A DNA stretch of 64,000 nucleotides, taken from an uncultured Erysipelotrichaceae bacterium. Its GTDB lineage: Bacteria > Bacillota_I > Bacilli_A > RFN20 > CAG-826. The stretch spans positions 8,436 to 72,435 of the forward strand of contig CADCFC010000002.1 of NCBI GenBank assembly GCA_902800645.1. Reading direction: 5' to 3'. The notes under the pieces were generated by a model, which was given only the letters and a program-made list of their open reading frames with translations, ran no database searches and was not told the origin of the DNA. This document shows, piece by piece, positions 18,102 to 27,999 of the stretch (position 1 is the first letter of the stretch; the number at the start of each line of letters is the position of its first letter). The position numbers were made by a program, and so were the translations under genes.

Positions 18102-19712
18102 TTATTTTTCTTCGTCTTCCATTTTAACCGCAGCTGGAACTTTAGGTAAACCAGGCATTGTCATAATTGAACCTGTTAAGGCAACAACAAATCCAGCACC
18201 AGCAGAAAGTCTAACTTCTCTAATAGTGATGACGAAGTCATCAGGAGCATTTAAGACTTTAGCATTATCGGTAAATGATAAAGGAGTCTTAGCGATGCAA
18301 ACCGGAATCTTATCATATCCCAAGCGATTATAATCTTCGATTTGAGATAAAGCTTCATCAGTATAAACAACTTCTTTAGCACGGTATATTTCTTTACAGA
18401 TTGTTTCAATCTTTTCTTTAATTGATTTTTTCTCGTCATATAAAGGATGATAGTTGCTCTTCTTTTCTTTTAGAGTTTCAATTACTTTATTTGCTAGAGA
18501 TACTCCTCCTTCTGCGCCTTTTTTAAAGGAATCACAGAAAGCGTATTCATAACCATTATCCTTACAGAAAGCCTTTAAAGTTTGGGTTTCAAGTTCGGTA
18601 TCACTAGCAAAATGATTAATACAAACAACAGCAGGAATTCCATATTTTGCAATGTTCTCCATATGTCTTTTTAAGTTAGCGGTACCAACTTTAAGAGCGT
18701 CTATATTTTCTTTATTTAAATCTTCAAAAGCTACTCCACCATGAAGTTTAAGTGCTCTAATTGTAGCAACCATAACAACAGCGTTAGGTTTAATACCACC
18801 AACACGGCACTTAATATCTAAAAATTTCTCTGCTCCAAGATCAGCGCCGAAGCCAGCCTCGGTAACAACAATAGGAGCAAGCTTTAATCCAAGTTTAGTA
18901 GCAATTAAACTATTACAACCATGGGCAATATTAGCAAAAGGTCCACCATGAATTAAACATGGATTACCTTCAAGCGTTTGAACAAGGTTAGGATTAAAAG
19001 CGCTCTTCATTAATTTATAAATAGCGTTAGATATTCTTAAATCATTTAAATAAACTGGTTCACCTTTAAAGTTATACGCCACGACAATTTTTTTAACTCT
19101 ATTAATAAAATCATCTGGATCGCTTGCTAGGCAAAGCACTGCCATCATTTCACTTGCTACTGTAATAACAAATTCATCTTGTCTAGGAGCGCTTTTCTTT
19201 TCTCCTTGATTAACGGTCACGCTTCTAAGGGCTCTATCATTCATATCAAGAGCGCGTTTCCAGATAATCCTATTTGGATCGATGCCAAGTTCATTGCCTT
19301 GGAATATATGGTTATCAATAACAGCGCTAATTAAATTGATTGAACTAGTCAATGCATGCATATCACCAGTAAAGTGAAGATTAATATCTTCAGAAGGAAT
19401 AACGCTCGCTCTTCCTCCCCCTGTTGCGCCACCCTTCAAACCAAAAACAGGTCCTAAAGAAGGCTCTCTTAAACAAAGCATAGAATTAACGCCTAAATAT
19501 CTAAGGCCATCTTGAAGAGCAATACTTGTTGTAGTTTTTCCTTCTCCGGCTTTAGTAGGAGTAATCGCTGTAACAAGAACTAATTTTCCGTTTTGTTTAT
19601 CTTTAAGTTCTTCATTAATTTTTAAATCAATTTTTCCTTTATCTAAACCATAAGGAATAACATATTCTTTTTTGATACCAGCTTTTTCTGCAATTTGATA
19701 GATGTCTAACAT
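18102..19712 (-). CDS. fhs: Formate--tetrahydrofolate ligase
   Basis: 536 aa. TPTKAGEGKTTTSIAL and GGPFANIAHGCNS are diagnostic FTHFS motifs. Confidence 0.95.
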   Translation of the reverse strand: MLDIYQIAEKAGIKKEYVIPYGLDKGKIDLKINEELKDKQNGKLVLVTAITPTKAGEGKTTTSIALQDGLRYLGVNSMLCLREPSLGPVFGLKGGATGGGRASVIPSEDINLHFTGDMHALTSSINLISAVIDNHIFQGNELGIDPNRIIWKRALDMNDRALRSVTVNQGEKKSAPRQDEFVITVASEMMAVLCLASDPDDFINRVKKIVVAYNFKGEPVYLNDLRISNAIYKLMKSAFNPNLVQTLEGNPCLIHGGPFANIAHGCNSLIATKLGLKLAPIVVTEAGFGADLGAEKFLDIKCRVGGIKPNAVVMVATIRALKLHGGVAFEDLNKENIDALKVGTANLKRHMENIAKYGIPAVVCINHFASDTELETQTLKAFCKDNGYEYAFCDSFKKGAEGGVSLANKVIETLKEKKSNYHPLYDEKKSIKEKIETICKEIYRAKEVVYTDEALSQIEDYNRLGYDKIPVCIAKTPLSFTDNAKVLNAPDDFVITIREVRLSAGAGFVVALTGSIMTMPGLPKVPAAVKMEDEEK

Positions 19713-19714
19713 AT

Positions 19715-20590
19715 CTATTTCTCCTTTATATATTTTATTAATTCATCGACTGACGTAAATGTTTTACTATTGAACTGATTTTTGAAGAATGTAACTTGCC
19801 TTTTTGCGTAGTTACGAGTTCGCTTTTGAATTAAGGAAATAGCATCTTCTAAACTAGCATTCCCACGTAAGAACTCAATTATTTCTTTATAACCTATGCC
19901 TTGTTTTGATGTTAAGGAGAGATCATAATTTTCTAATAAATTCTTCACTTCTTCTACTAGTCCATTATCAATCATCTCGATAACTCGAGCGTTGATATTT
20001 TTATAAAGTTCTTCTCGATTAGGTGAAAGGAAGAGAAACTCAACGTCTTTATAAATTGGTAAATGACTTTGTTTTGCTAATCGCTCAGTTTTATTTATAT
20101 CACTATGTCTAATAGATGAAATAGCTCTAATTAGTCTTTTACGATTGTTAATATGAATCTTTTTGCTCGCTTCGTAATCAAGCTTTTGTAATTCATTAAA
20201 TAATTCTTCGTTACTAAGAAGTTCTAAATCACTATCATCTCTATTTTTTTCTATTTCAAATTCATAATCATATAAAGCTGCTCTTACATATAATCCGGTT
20301 CCACCCACCATGACTACATCTTTACATTTAGATAATAAATTATCTAATACATTACGGGAGTCTCTTTGATATTCCATAACTGAATATGTTTCAGATGGCT
20401 CTTTAAAATCTAGAAGATGATAACGCGAATAATGAGGATCATTCTTGTCTAATTTTGAAGTTCCGATATCCATGTGTCTATAAATTTGAAAAGCATCAAA
20501 ATTTATAGCGTCACAATTTAAGATATCCATAATCTTATTACAAGCAGCAGTTTTGCCACTACAAGTAGGACCCATAATTACATAAATCAT
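19715..20590 (-). CDS. miaA: tRNA dimethylallyltransferase
   Basis: P-loop VIMGPTCSGKT plus the MiaA body. The track start at 20608 is a TTG; I prefer ATG 20590 (MIYVIMGPT...) or ATG 20575. Confidence 0.9.
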   Translation of the reverse strand: MIYVIMGPTCSGKTAACNKIMDILNCDAINFDAFQIYRHMDIGTSKLDKNDPHYSRYHLLDFKEPSETYSVMEYQRDSRNVLDNLLSKCKDVVMVGGTGLYVRAALYDYEFEIEKNRDDSDLELLSNEELFNELQKLDYEASKKIHINNRKRLIRAISSIRHSDINKTERLAKQSHLPIYKDVEFLFLSPNREELYKNINARVIEMIDNGLVEEVKNLLENYDLSLTSKQGIGYKEIIEFLRGNASLEDAISLIQKRTRNYAKRQVTFFKNQFNSKTFTSVDELIKYIKEK

Positions 20591-20624
20591 GCAAATAATA
20601 TATAACAAAAAGAAGTGAATTTCA

Positions 20625-20900
20625 TCACTTCTTATTGATAATATCTGTAATTTCTTTTAAATAATCTCTTACTTCTATCTCTAGTTCGTTTAAATTGACG
20701 ATTAGTGGATGAGAATTATATCTATTCAAAAGTTCTTTATGTTTTTCTTTATCATTAACCGATTTAGCAATCTCTGCTTTTAATTCCTTAATCTCATCGC
20801 TATTATCGACTAATTCGCGAATTCTTTTATATTCTTGAAATAGAGGTAGAGAATCAATTTCCTTTTTTAATTCTTTAGCGATTTCTATTTCTTTATTCAT
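20625..20900 (-). CDS. ymcA: YlbF/YmcA-family small helical protein
   Basis: ~91 aa, helical and K/E-rich, with the pattern LPLFQEYKRI...HPLIVNLNELEIEV. It sits directly after miaB, as ymcA follows ymcB in Bacillus. The track start 20915 is a TTG; ATG 20900 overlaps the miaB stop by 8 nt. Confidence 0.55.
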   Translation of the reverse strand: MNKEIEIAKELKKEIDSLPLFQEYKRIRELVDNSDEIKELKAEIAKSVNDKEKHKELLNRYNSHPLIVNLNELEIEVRDYLKEITDIINKK

Positions 20901-22332
20901 CAACAAGTTCTCCAATTAATGAATAAGTATGACTTTCTATAATTAAGACATTTACAATCTTACCAATTAAATTTTCGTCACCCTTAAAATGCACTAATTT
21001 ATTGCTTTCAGTATAACCGCTTAACATGTTACTATCAGTCTTACTTCTTCCATCAACAAGAACCTTATAAACTCCTCCAATATAGGAAAGAGAATCCTTT
21101 TCGATATTAACCTCCAAATGCTTCACAAGCTCTTGGAATCTTCTGCTCTTATCTTTATAGGAAACATTGTCCACCATTTTAGCGGCTGGAGTGCCTCTTC
21201 TAGGAGAATAAATAAAGGTAAATGCACTTTCATATTTCACTTCATCTACAAGAGACAATGTATCTTTAAATTGCTCTTCGGTTTCATTTGGGAAACCAAC
21301 TATAATATCAGTGGATAAAGATAAGCCTTTAATCTTGTCTCTCATCTCCTTAACTAAATTAAGATAATGCTCGCGATTATAGCGTCTGCCCATAAGGCGC
21401 AAAACCTCATCGTTTCCAGACTGAACAGGGAGATGAATACACTTCATAATATTGTCATATTTTGCAATAATTTCTATCATTTTGCTCGAGAAATCCCATG
21501 GATGAGATGTTGTGAATCTAATTCTTGGGATGCCCATTTTAGCTGCCTCTTCAAGGACATCAGCGAAGTCATGGCCTTCATCTAAATCTTTTCCATAAGC
21601 ATTGACGTTTTGACCTAAAAAAGTGATCTCTTGATAATTCTCTTTTTTAAGTCTTCTAACTTCATCCATGATATCAGAAAATTTACGAGATCTTTCTTTG
21701 CCTCTAGTATAAGGAACAATACAATATGTACAGAATTTATTACAGCCATAAATAATGTTTACATACGCTTTAAATTCATTGTTTCTTTTCACTAATTTAT
21801 TCTCGATAACTTCACCTTGTTTTGATTCGATTGAAATTAACCTAATATCTGAATTATAAGTTTCATAAATTAAATCGAGCAATTGATCAATTTCGTGCGT
21901 TCCAAAATATAAATTTACCTCAGGGAATTTTTGAGTTAATATCTCTAAAATTTCTGGTTGTTCCACCATACATCCGCATATCGCTAAAACAAGTTTTTTA
22001 TTACTTCTTCTATATTTCTTTAAATTACCAATTTCGCCGTAAACTTTATCTTCGGCATTTTCTCTAACTGCGCAAGTATTAATAATAATTACATCAGCTT
22101 CACTAGGATTTTCGGTTTTAATAAAGTTAACGCTTTCAAGCATGCCGCGCATCGTTTCTTCATCTCTAACATTAGCCTGGCAACCATAAGTATGAATGTA
22201 ATATTTCTTTCCTTTTCCTAATTCTTCCATCTCTTTTAAATGAGAAACGTGAGCGTTAGCAAAAAGAGTGTCGCTCTTATGTCGATCACGGGCTTTTAAT
22301 AAATCTGGATAATTAATAATTTTGGTTTTCAT
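20893..22332 (-). CDS. miaB: tRNA-i6A37 methylthiotransferase (radical SAM)
   Basis: 479 aa. YIHTYGCQANVRDEE (UPF0004 Cys), radical-SAM CNKFCTYCIVP, and a TRAM-like C-terminus. Confidence 0.95.
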   Translation of the reverse strand: MKTKIINYPDLLKARDRHKSDTLFANAHVSHLKEMEELGKGKKYYIHTYGCQANVRDEETMRGMLESVNFIKTENPSEADVIIINTCAVRENAEDKVYGEIGNLKKYRRSNKKLVLAICGCMVEQPEILEILTQKFPEVNLYFGTHEIDQLLDLIYETYNSDIRLISIESKQGEVIENKLVKRNNEFKAYVNIIYGCNKFCTYCIVPYTRGKERSRKFSDIMDEVRRLKKENYQEITFLGQNVNAYGKDLDEGHDFADVLEEAAKMGIPRIRFTTSHPWDFSSKMIEIIAKYDNIMKCIHLPVQSGNDEVLRLMGRRYNREHYLNLVKEMRDKIKGLSLSTDIIVGFPNETEEQFKDTLSLVDEVKYESAFTFIYSPRRGTPAAKMVDNVSYKDKSRRFQELVKHLEVNIEKDSLSYIGGVYKVLVDGRSKTDSNMLSGYTESNKLVHFKGDENLIGKIVNVLIIESHTYSLIGELVDE

Positions 22333-22333
22333 A

Positions 22334-23113
22334 CTATTTTTCTAAATAATAAATAGGAAATATTTCTATACACTTTCCAGTATTTTCATCGATATCAAGC
22401 ACTACTGCAGAGAATATTCCTTTTCCTTCATCAGGAATTTGAAATGGATCACTTTTTCCATACATCAATTTACCAACTACAGTGTCTTTATCGAAGCCGA
22501 GTGCCCCGTTAGCATAACCTGTCATACCTACATCAGAAATGAACGCTGTACCATTTTCTAATATTTTAGCGTCTTTAGTTTGAACGTGAGTATGAGTGCC
22601 AAGTACCGCACTGACTTTACCATCTAAAGCATAAGCTAAACAAATTTTCTCGCCTGTAGCTTCGGCATGGAAATCAACAATATTAATGGTGGCCTCTTCT
22701 ATAGAGAATAATTCTAATAAGGAATAATAAGGGTTATTAACTTCTTCATTCATAAAGGCAGAACCAAGAACATTAATAATTCTCACACTAACGCCATTAA
22801 CATCATAAATAGCGCTTCCTTCTCCAGGATATTCATGAGTTAAATTGAGTGGTCTAATTAATCTATCAACACGGTCAATATATCTTCTAATATCTTTTTT
22901 AGAATCGTAATGGTTTCCTAAAGTTATTACATCAACACCACTTTCAATAAGTTCGAAATAGTGATGTCTAAGTAGACCCTTTCCATGAGATGCGTTCTCC
23001 CCATTAGCGATAACGAAATCAATATGATATTTTTTTACAAAATCACTAAGATGATCTTTGACCATACGTCGACCAATACGACCAACGACGTCACCAATAA
23101 ATAATATTTTCAA
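22334..23113 (-). CDS. ymdB: YmdB-type metallophosphoesterase (2',3'-cyclic-nucleotide 2'-phosphodiesterase)
   Basis: 259 aa. MKILFIGDVVGRIGR, ANGENASHGKG, DFHAEATGEK and GTHTHVQT. It follows rny, as in Bacillus. Confidence 0.85.
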   Translation of the reverse strand: MKILFIGDVVGRIGRRMVKDHLSDFVKKYHIDFVIANGENASHGKGLLRHHYFELIESGVDVITLGNHYDSKKDIRRYIDRVDRLIRPLNLTHEYPGEGSAIYDVNGVSVRIINVLGSAFMNEEVNNPYYSLLELFSIEEATINIVDFHAEATGEKICLAYALDGKVSAVLGTHTHVQTKDAKILENGTAFISDVGMTGYANGALGFDKDTVVGKLMYGKSDPFQIPDEGKGIFSAVVLDIDENTGKCIEIFPIYYLEK

Positions 23114-23137
23114 AATAAATCTTTCTAGAAGTAATAA

Positions 23138-24712
23138 TTACTTCGCAGTTTCAATTGCGCGATATTCTCTAATAACAGAGACTTTAATTTGACCAGGATA
23201 GGTCATTTCATTTTCAATACGATCTTTAATCTCTCTAGCGAGTTTAAAGGCGCCGATATCATCAACCTTTTCAGGGATGACCATAACTCTTAATTCACGG
23301 CCTGATTGCATCGCATAGGATTGATAAACACCATCAAAGGATTTGCAAATCTCTTCGAGCTTCTCAAGTCTTTGAATATAATTCTCAAGCATTTCGCTTC
23401 TTGCTCCTGGACGAGCTGCACTTAATGTATCAGCGGCTTGAACGAGGTGAGAAATGATATATTTAGCAGGAACGTCACCGTGGTGAGATTCAATCGCATT
23501 AATAACGACATCATTTTCACCATATTTCTTAGCGAGTCTAGCACCAATTTCTACGTGACTTCCATCCATTTCAAAGTCAACAGCCTTACCAATATCGTGA
23601 AGTAAACCAGCACGTTTAGCTAAGTTTTGATCTAATCCAAGTTCAGCAGCCATTGTTCCGCTTAAATAAGCAACTTCAATAGAATGTTCCAAAGCATTTT
23701 GACCATAAGAAGTACGGTATCTTAATCTACCAACTAAATCTAAGAGCTCGCGATTAATTCTTGGAAGACCAAGTTTAAAGGCAACATCTTGTCCGGTCTT
23801 ATGAATTGTTTCTTCGACTTCTTGTTTACATTTTTCAACAATTTCTTCAATTCTTCCTGGTTGAATACGTCCATCTTTAATTAAAGCTTCAAGAGCCATT
23901 CTTGCGATTTCTCTTCTAACAGGATTAAAAGAGCTTACAGTAATTACTTCAGGAGTGTCATCAATAATTAAATCAACACCAAGGAGAGTTTCTAAGGTAC
24001 GAATATTTCTACCTTCTCTACCAATGATACGGCCTTTCATTTCATCGTTAGGAAGAGCAACAACAGAAACAGTTCTATCAATAGTAGTTTCTTGAGCGTA
24101 TTTGCTCATTGCTAAAGAGAGAAGTTCTTGAGCTTTCGCGTTAACGGTTTCTTTAGCCTCATCTTCCTTATTTTTAATGTATTGAGCAATTTCTCTACTT
24201 ACTTTACTTTCCACTCTAGCAAATAATTCATCTTTTGCTTCTTGAGTAGACATTTGAGCAACTTTCTCAAGTTCATTGATAATAGAATCAATCTTTTCTT
24301 GAAGAGCAGCTTCTTTCTTATCGACATCTTTGAGTCGACGATTAAGAGTTTCATTTTTCTCATCGAGCGTATTCTCTTTTTGAATAAGAGCAGTATCACG
24401 ACGATCAATACTTTGTTCTCTTTGTAAAAGTTTGTTTTCTTGATTAGAGATTTCTAACTTTCTTTCTTTAATCTCTTTTTCGGCTTCGATTTTCATTTCG
24501 TTGATGGTTTGTTTTCCATCGAGTTGAGCGTTCTTTACGATATGTTCGGCTTTAATCTCTGCTTCTCTAACAATCTTATTTGCTTTATTTTGATCTCTTT
24601 GTTTCTTGAAAAATGGAACAAGGAAAACAATCAAGGCACCTAAAATTAGTCCGACAAAAGCAAGGATAATTGGTAAGCCAATCTCGGTAAACGCAGTTAA
24701 TACAACTGGCAT
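23138..24712 (-). CDS. rny: Ribonuclease Y
   Basis: 524 aa. N-terminal TM helix, a long coiled coil, a KH domain ([12 protein letters not shown]) and an HD domain (HDIGK...ESHHGD). Confidence 0.95.
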   Translation of the reverse strand: MPVVLTAFTEIGLPIILAFVGLILGALIVFLVPFFKKQRDQNKANKIVREAEIKAEHIVKNAQLDGKQTINEMKIEAEKEIKERKLEISNQENKLLQREQSIDRRDTALIQKENTLDEKNETLNRRLKDVDKKEAALQEKIDSIINELEKVAQMSTQEAKDELFARVESKVSREIAQYIKNKEDEAKETVNAKAQELLSLAMSKYAQETTIDRTVSVVALPNDEMKGRIIGREGRNIRTLETLLGVDLIIDDTPEVITVSSFNPVRREIARMALEALIKDGRIQPGRIEEIVEKCKQEVEETIHKTGQDVAFKLGLPRINRELLDLVGRLRYRTSYGQNALEHSIEVAYLSGTMAAELGLDQNLAKRAGLLHDIGKAVDFEMDGSHVEIGARLAKKYGENDVVINAIESHHGDVPAKYIISHLVQAADTLSAARPGARSEMLENYIQRLEKLEEICKSFDGVYQSYAMQSGRELRVMVIPEKVDDIGAFKLAREIKDRIENEMTYPGQIKVSVIREYRAIETAK

Positions 24713-24933
24713 ATCTATATGTCCTTTCTAAAATATAGTCAAAAGACTATTTACCTAAAATCATCCTAAAAAATTATTAAGTATGACTTTTATATGTAAC
24801 AGGCAATGCCTGATAAATCAATTTCTCTATTGAGAATCTATAGGTAAGTATCTCTTCGAAAGATACATGGTTATTATAAATAAAAATGAGAAAATTAAAA
24901 AGATAATATTATAAACAAAAGACGCAATCAAAT

Positions 24934-24963
24934 AAAAAAGCCCCTACAATTCACTATAGAGGC
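24934..24963 (-). terminator. Rho-independent terminator after recA
   Basis: Minus strand: GCCTCTATAG-TGAA-TTGTAGGGGC followed by TTTTTT. Confidence 0.6.
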
Positions 24964-24979
24964 AATTTCATAAAATAAT

Positions 24980-25981
24980 TTAATCTTGTTTTTCTTTGGC
25001 TTCTTTAATTTTAGCGAGAAGTTCTTCTTTTACATCTTCATTACTCTTAATGTATTCTTTCGCTAATTCTTTGCCTTGAGCAATCTTGTTACCATCATAT
25101 TCGTACCAAGCACCACTCTTTTTAACAATGCCAAGTTCAACCGCTCGATCAAGGATTTCACTTTCTTTGGAAATACCTTGTCCATAAATAATATCGATTT
25201 CGCATTGTTTAAATGGAGCGGCAACCTTGTTTTTCACTACTTTAATACGGCAAGTATTTCCGGTTACGTCGCTGCCACTTTTAATCGCTTCAGTTCTACG
25301 GATATCAAGTCTAATAGAGGCATAGAATTTAAGCGCTCTACCACCACTAGTGGTTTCAGGATTACCGTAAAGAACCCCCACCTTTTCTCTTAATTGATTA
25401 ATAAAGATAATCGTACAATTATTCTTATTAAGTACACCTGCGAGCTTACGCATTGCTTTACTCATTAAGCGCGCTTGCATGCCAACAGAGTTGTCGCTCA
25501 TTTCTCCATCAAGTTCGGCTTGAGGGACTAAAGCAGCAACACTATCAACGATTAATAAACTAATCGATGTGCTAGAGGCAAGCATTTCAGCAATTTCAAG
25601 AGCTTGTTCACCACTATCAGGTTGAGAAAGAATTAAGTCGTCAACATTAACGCCTAAATTTTTAGCATAGACAGGATCAATCGCATGTTCTGCATCAATA
25701 AAAGCAGCGACGCCACCTTTCTTTTGACATTCCGCAATCGCATGAAGTGCTAATGTGGTCTTACCACTACTTTCAGGTCCAAAAATTTCGATAATTCTAC
25801 CACGAGGATAGCCACCAACCCCTAAAGCCTCATCTAAAAGTAGTGAGCCAGTAGGAATGACATCAACATCGACGCTTTGGCGATCACCAAGACGCATGAT
25901 GGAACCTTTACCAAACGTTTTTTCAATTTGTTTAAGAACATCATCGAGTTCTTTGTTTTCCAGTTCTTTTTTGTTATTCAT
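24980..25981 (-). CDS. recA: Recombinase RecA
   Basis: [12 protein letters not shown] and the full RecA core. I prefer ATG 25981 ([10 protein letters not shown]), which has AAAGGGG 8 nt upstream. The track start at 25999 lacks an SD. Confidence 0.95.
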   Translation of the reverse strand: MNNKKELENKELDDVLKQIEKTFGKGSIMRLGDRQSVDVDVIPTGSLLLDEALGVGGYPRGRIIEIFGPESSGKTTLALHAIAECQKKGGVAAFIDAEHAIDPVYAKNLGVNVDDLILSQPDSGEQALEIAEMLASSTSISLLIVDSVAALVPQAELDGEMSDNSVGMQARLMSKAMRKLAGVLNKNNCTIIFINQLREKVGVLYGNPETTSGGRALKFYASIRLDIRRTEAIKSGSDVTGNTCRIKVVKNKVAAPFKQCEIDIIYGQGISKESEILDRAVELGIVKKSGAWYEYDGNKIAQGKELAKEYIKSNEDVKEELLAKIKEAKEKQD

Positions 25982-26028
25982 ATAAATAACCCCTTTCATA
26001 TATTAAGTAGGGTGATTCTTCAAAAAAC

Positions 26029-26499
26029 TTAATTATTTTCTGTAATTAATTTTTCTAAAAGATCATAAGCAATTAAAATTGCTTGTTTTTGTATTTCTTC
26101 TCGACTTCCATCGAGATGATAAGCGAAAACTGAGCAGTGATCGTAATAAGCTACGCCAATATAAATTTCTCCCACTGGTTTATTTTCCATAGCGCTAGGA
26201 CCAGCGTTACCAGTAAAGGAAACACAGTAATCTACATTGAGCAATACTTTGCCTCTGCTTGCCATCATGCCGGCAATTTCTTGAGAGACAACACCATATT
26301 TATCAATGTCAGAATATGGAATGCCGAGAATTCTTGCCTTTTCTTCTGTAGCGTAAGTAACAAAAGCACCTTTAAAGAAATGAGACGCTCCACTAATAGA
26401 AGTAACGTCTTTAGCAAAACCTCCACCAGTAAAAGATTCTACTGAACCAAGAGTTCTACCTTTTTCTCTAAATAATTTGTTAATAGAAACGCTATCCAT
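26029..26499 (-). CDS. cinA: CinA C-terminal-domain protein (PncC-type nicotinamide-nucleotide amidohydrolase domain only)
   Basis: 156 aa. GSVESFTGGGFA and NAGPS motifs. Located between pgsA and recA, as in Bacillus. Confidence 0.85.
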   Translation of the reverse strand: MDSVSINKLFREKGRTLGSVESFTGGGFAKDVTSISGASHFFKGAFVTYATEEKARILGIPYSDIDKYGVVSQEIAGMMASRGKVLLNVDYCVSFTGNAGPSAMENKPVGEIYIGVAYYDHCSVFAYHLDGSREEIQKQAILIAYDLLEKLITENN

Positions 26500-26501
26500 A
26501 A

Positions 26502-27146
26502 TTAATTCTTAGCAAAGACTTTACGATTTTGAATGACGTAAATAATTCCACTCATAAGCGACACAAATGTCGCAGCGTACACTAAGAAAGCAGTGACACT
26601 AACATATGGATTAACATAGTTAGAATACATGTAATGGAATGGGAAATCATTTAATAAAACACAAGCAATCGCTACCATTTGTAAAACAGTTTTAAGCTTT
26701 CCAAATATATTAGCGGCAATAACTACGCCTTTTTGAGCAGCGATAAATCTTAGAGCGTCAACAACTGTATCTCTAGCAATCATAATAATGACGCACCAAA
26801 CAGGGACTAAAGCAACTTGAGGAGTTTGAATGGTATATGGAGCAAACACCATTGGAGCGGCCAAAAAGATTAACATCGTGTTAACTAATAATTTGTCAGC
26901 AACAGGATCTAAAAACTTACCTAAATCAGTTACTTGGTTATTTTTTCTAGCGAGTTTACCGTCTAAGTGGTCAGTGTAACTAGCAATCACAAAGAAAATG
27001 AAAACCACAAGCATAATTAAATTGATTCTTGTATTACCTAAAGTTGGAGTTCTTAATTCAGGAATCAAAGACAAAACGAACAACGTAATAATAAGTATTA
27101 CTGTTGCAATGATTCTCGAGAAGGTAATTTTTGTTGGTAAATTCAT
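26502..27146 (-). CDS. pgsA: CDP-diacylglycerol--glycerol-3-phosphate 3-phosphatidyltransferase
   Basis: CDP-alcohol phosphotransferase motif DHLDGKLARK...GKFLDPVADK. The first 16 codons of the track ORF (from 27194) lie inside the RNase P RNA 3' end, so I start at ATG 27146 (MNLPTKITFSRI). Confidence 0.9.
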   Translation of the reverse strand: MNLPTKITFSRIIATVILIITLFVLSLIPELRTPTLGNTRINLIMLVVFIFFVIASYTDHLDGKLARKNNQVTDLGKFLDPVADKLLVNTMLIFLAAPMVFAPYTIQTPQVALVPVWCVIIMIARDTVVDALRFIAAQKGVVIAANIFGKLKTVLQMVAIACVLLNDFPFHYMYSNYVNPYVSVTAFLVYAATFVSLMSGIIYVIQNRKVFAKN

Positions 27147-27172
27147 AAATCTTTCTTCTTTCTTTTTTAGTG

Positions 27173-27519
27173 AGTCTTCGACCCTATAAGCCATGTTTTG
27201 TCTAAGGATGATAATTTATCTAAGAATATCTTACTTGAATCGATTCGTTTCTCTATCAAGTCTCCCCTACCAAATTTGGGTTTCTCACTTACGGGGTTTA
27301 CCGCGTTCCACCTTATTCTTTCAAATAAGCTTCGTCACTGTGGCACTTTCAGGAAATTCTACCATGGGTTACCCTTTAGGTTAATTTCCGCCGTCACGTA
27401 CTCCTACGTGCCTAGTGTTATTTTTTCCACTAGCGTAATCACTACAGCCATCACAGACTGTATGAGCATGGACTTTCCTCTAACTAACTAGTAGCCAGCA
27501 ATCATCCAGGTCGAAGGTT
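27173..27519 (-). ncRNA. rnpB: RNase P RNA, type B (Firmicute type); ends approximate
   Basis: The minus strand contains GAGGAAAGTCCATGCTC (P4), GAAAGTGCCACAGTGACGAAG, GTGGAACGCGGTAAACCCC, GAGAAACCCAAATTTGGTAGGGGA and ACAAAACATGGCTTATAG. These are near-identical to blocks of B. subtilis RNase P RNA. P1 pairs CTTCGACC (5') with GGTCGAAG (3'). Confidence 0.9.
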
Positions 27520-27521
27520 AG

Positions 27522-27896
27522 TTATTTAATGTCATCGGGATTGATGTTTAGTTTTTCATGAATGATCATCTCAAGTCTCCCGATGCGCTTGAGAAGTTCA
27601 TAATTATCGAGATGGATATAACGGTGATCTTTAGGCATATATTTCCATTTGTTTTTTTCTTCTTCGAGTTCCTTTTTTAGACTCTCGTTTTCTTTTTTTA
27701 GCCTTAAGATTTCACTAGCGAGTTCTTCAACATCTTTCCCTTGAACATTATTTGAATTATGCGCTAGAAGCGTCTCATAATCTTCAATAACCTTGTCGAA
27801 GAATTGATCAACTTCAAGAGGAGTGTATCCATATGGCGAATTACCAAATTGATGATTTAGTAATTCCTCTTTAGTGAAATTCAGTTTTTTATCCAT
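27522..27896 (-). CDS. gpsB: GpsB-like DivIVA-domain protein
   Basis: 124 aa. DivIVA N-domain (YGYTPLEVDQFFDKVIEDYETL), a coiled coil, and a C-terminal NYELLKRIGRLEMIIHEKL resembling the GpsB C-domain. It lies immediately upstream of rnpB, as in Bacillus. Confidence 0.8.
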   Translation of the reverse strand: MDKKLNFTKEELLNHQFGNSPYGYTPLEVDQFFDKVIEDYETLLAHNSNNVQGKDVEELASEILRLKKENESLKKELEEEKNKWKYMPKDHRYIHLDNYELLKRIGRLEMIIHEKLNINPDDIK

Positions 27897-27999
27897 ACCA
27901 TAATATTATGTCTTATATGCTCTTATTTTTCTATGAAAAATTATGAAATATAGACATTTCCTTGAAAAGAGTAACTTTATTTCATAAACTATTCAAGGT

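Noticed and set aside
27193-27491. Two plus-strand ORFs (63 and 97 aa) in the gpsB-pgsA gap
   Set aside because: The region is the RNase P RNA gene on the minus strand, with conserved P4 and other blocks present. The ORFs are chance frames with odd composition and no SD.
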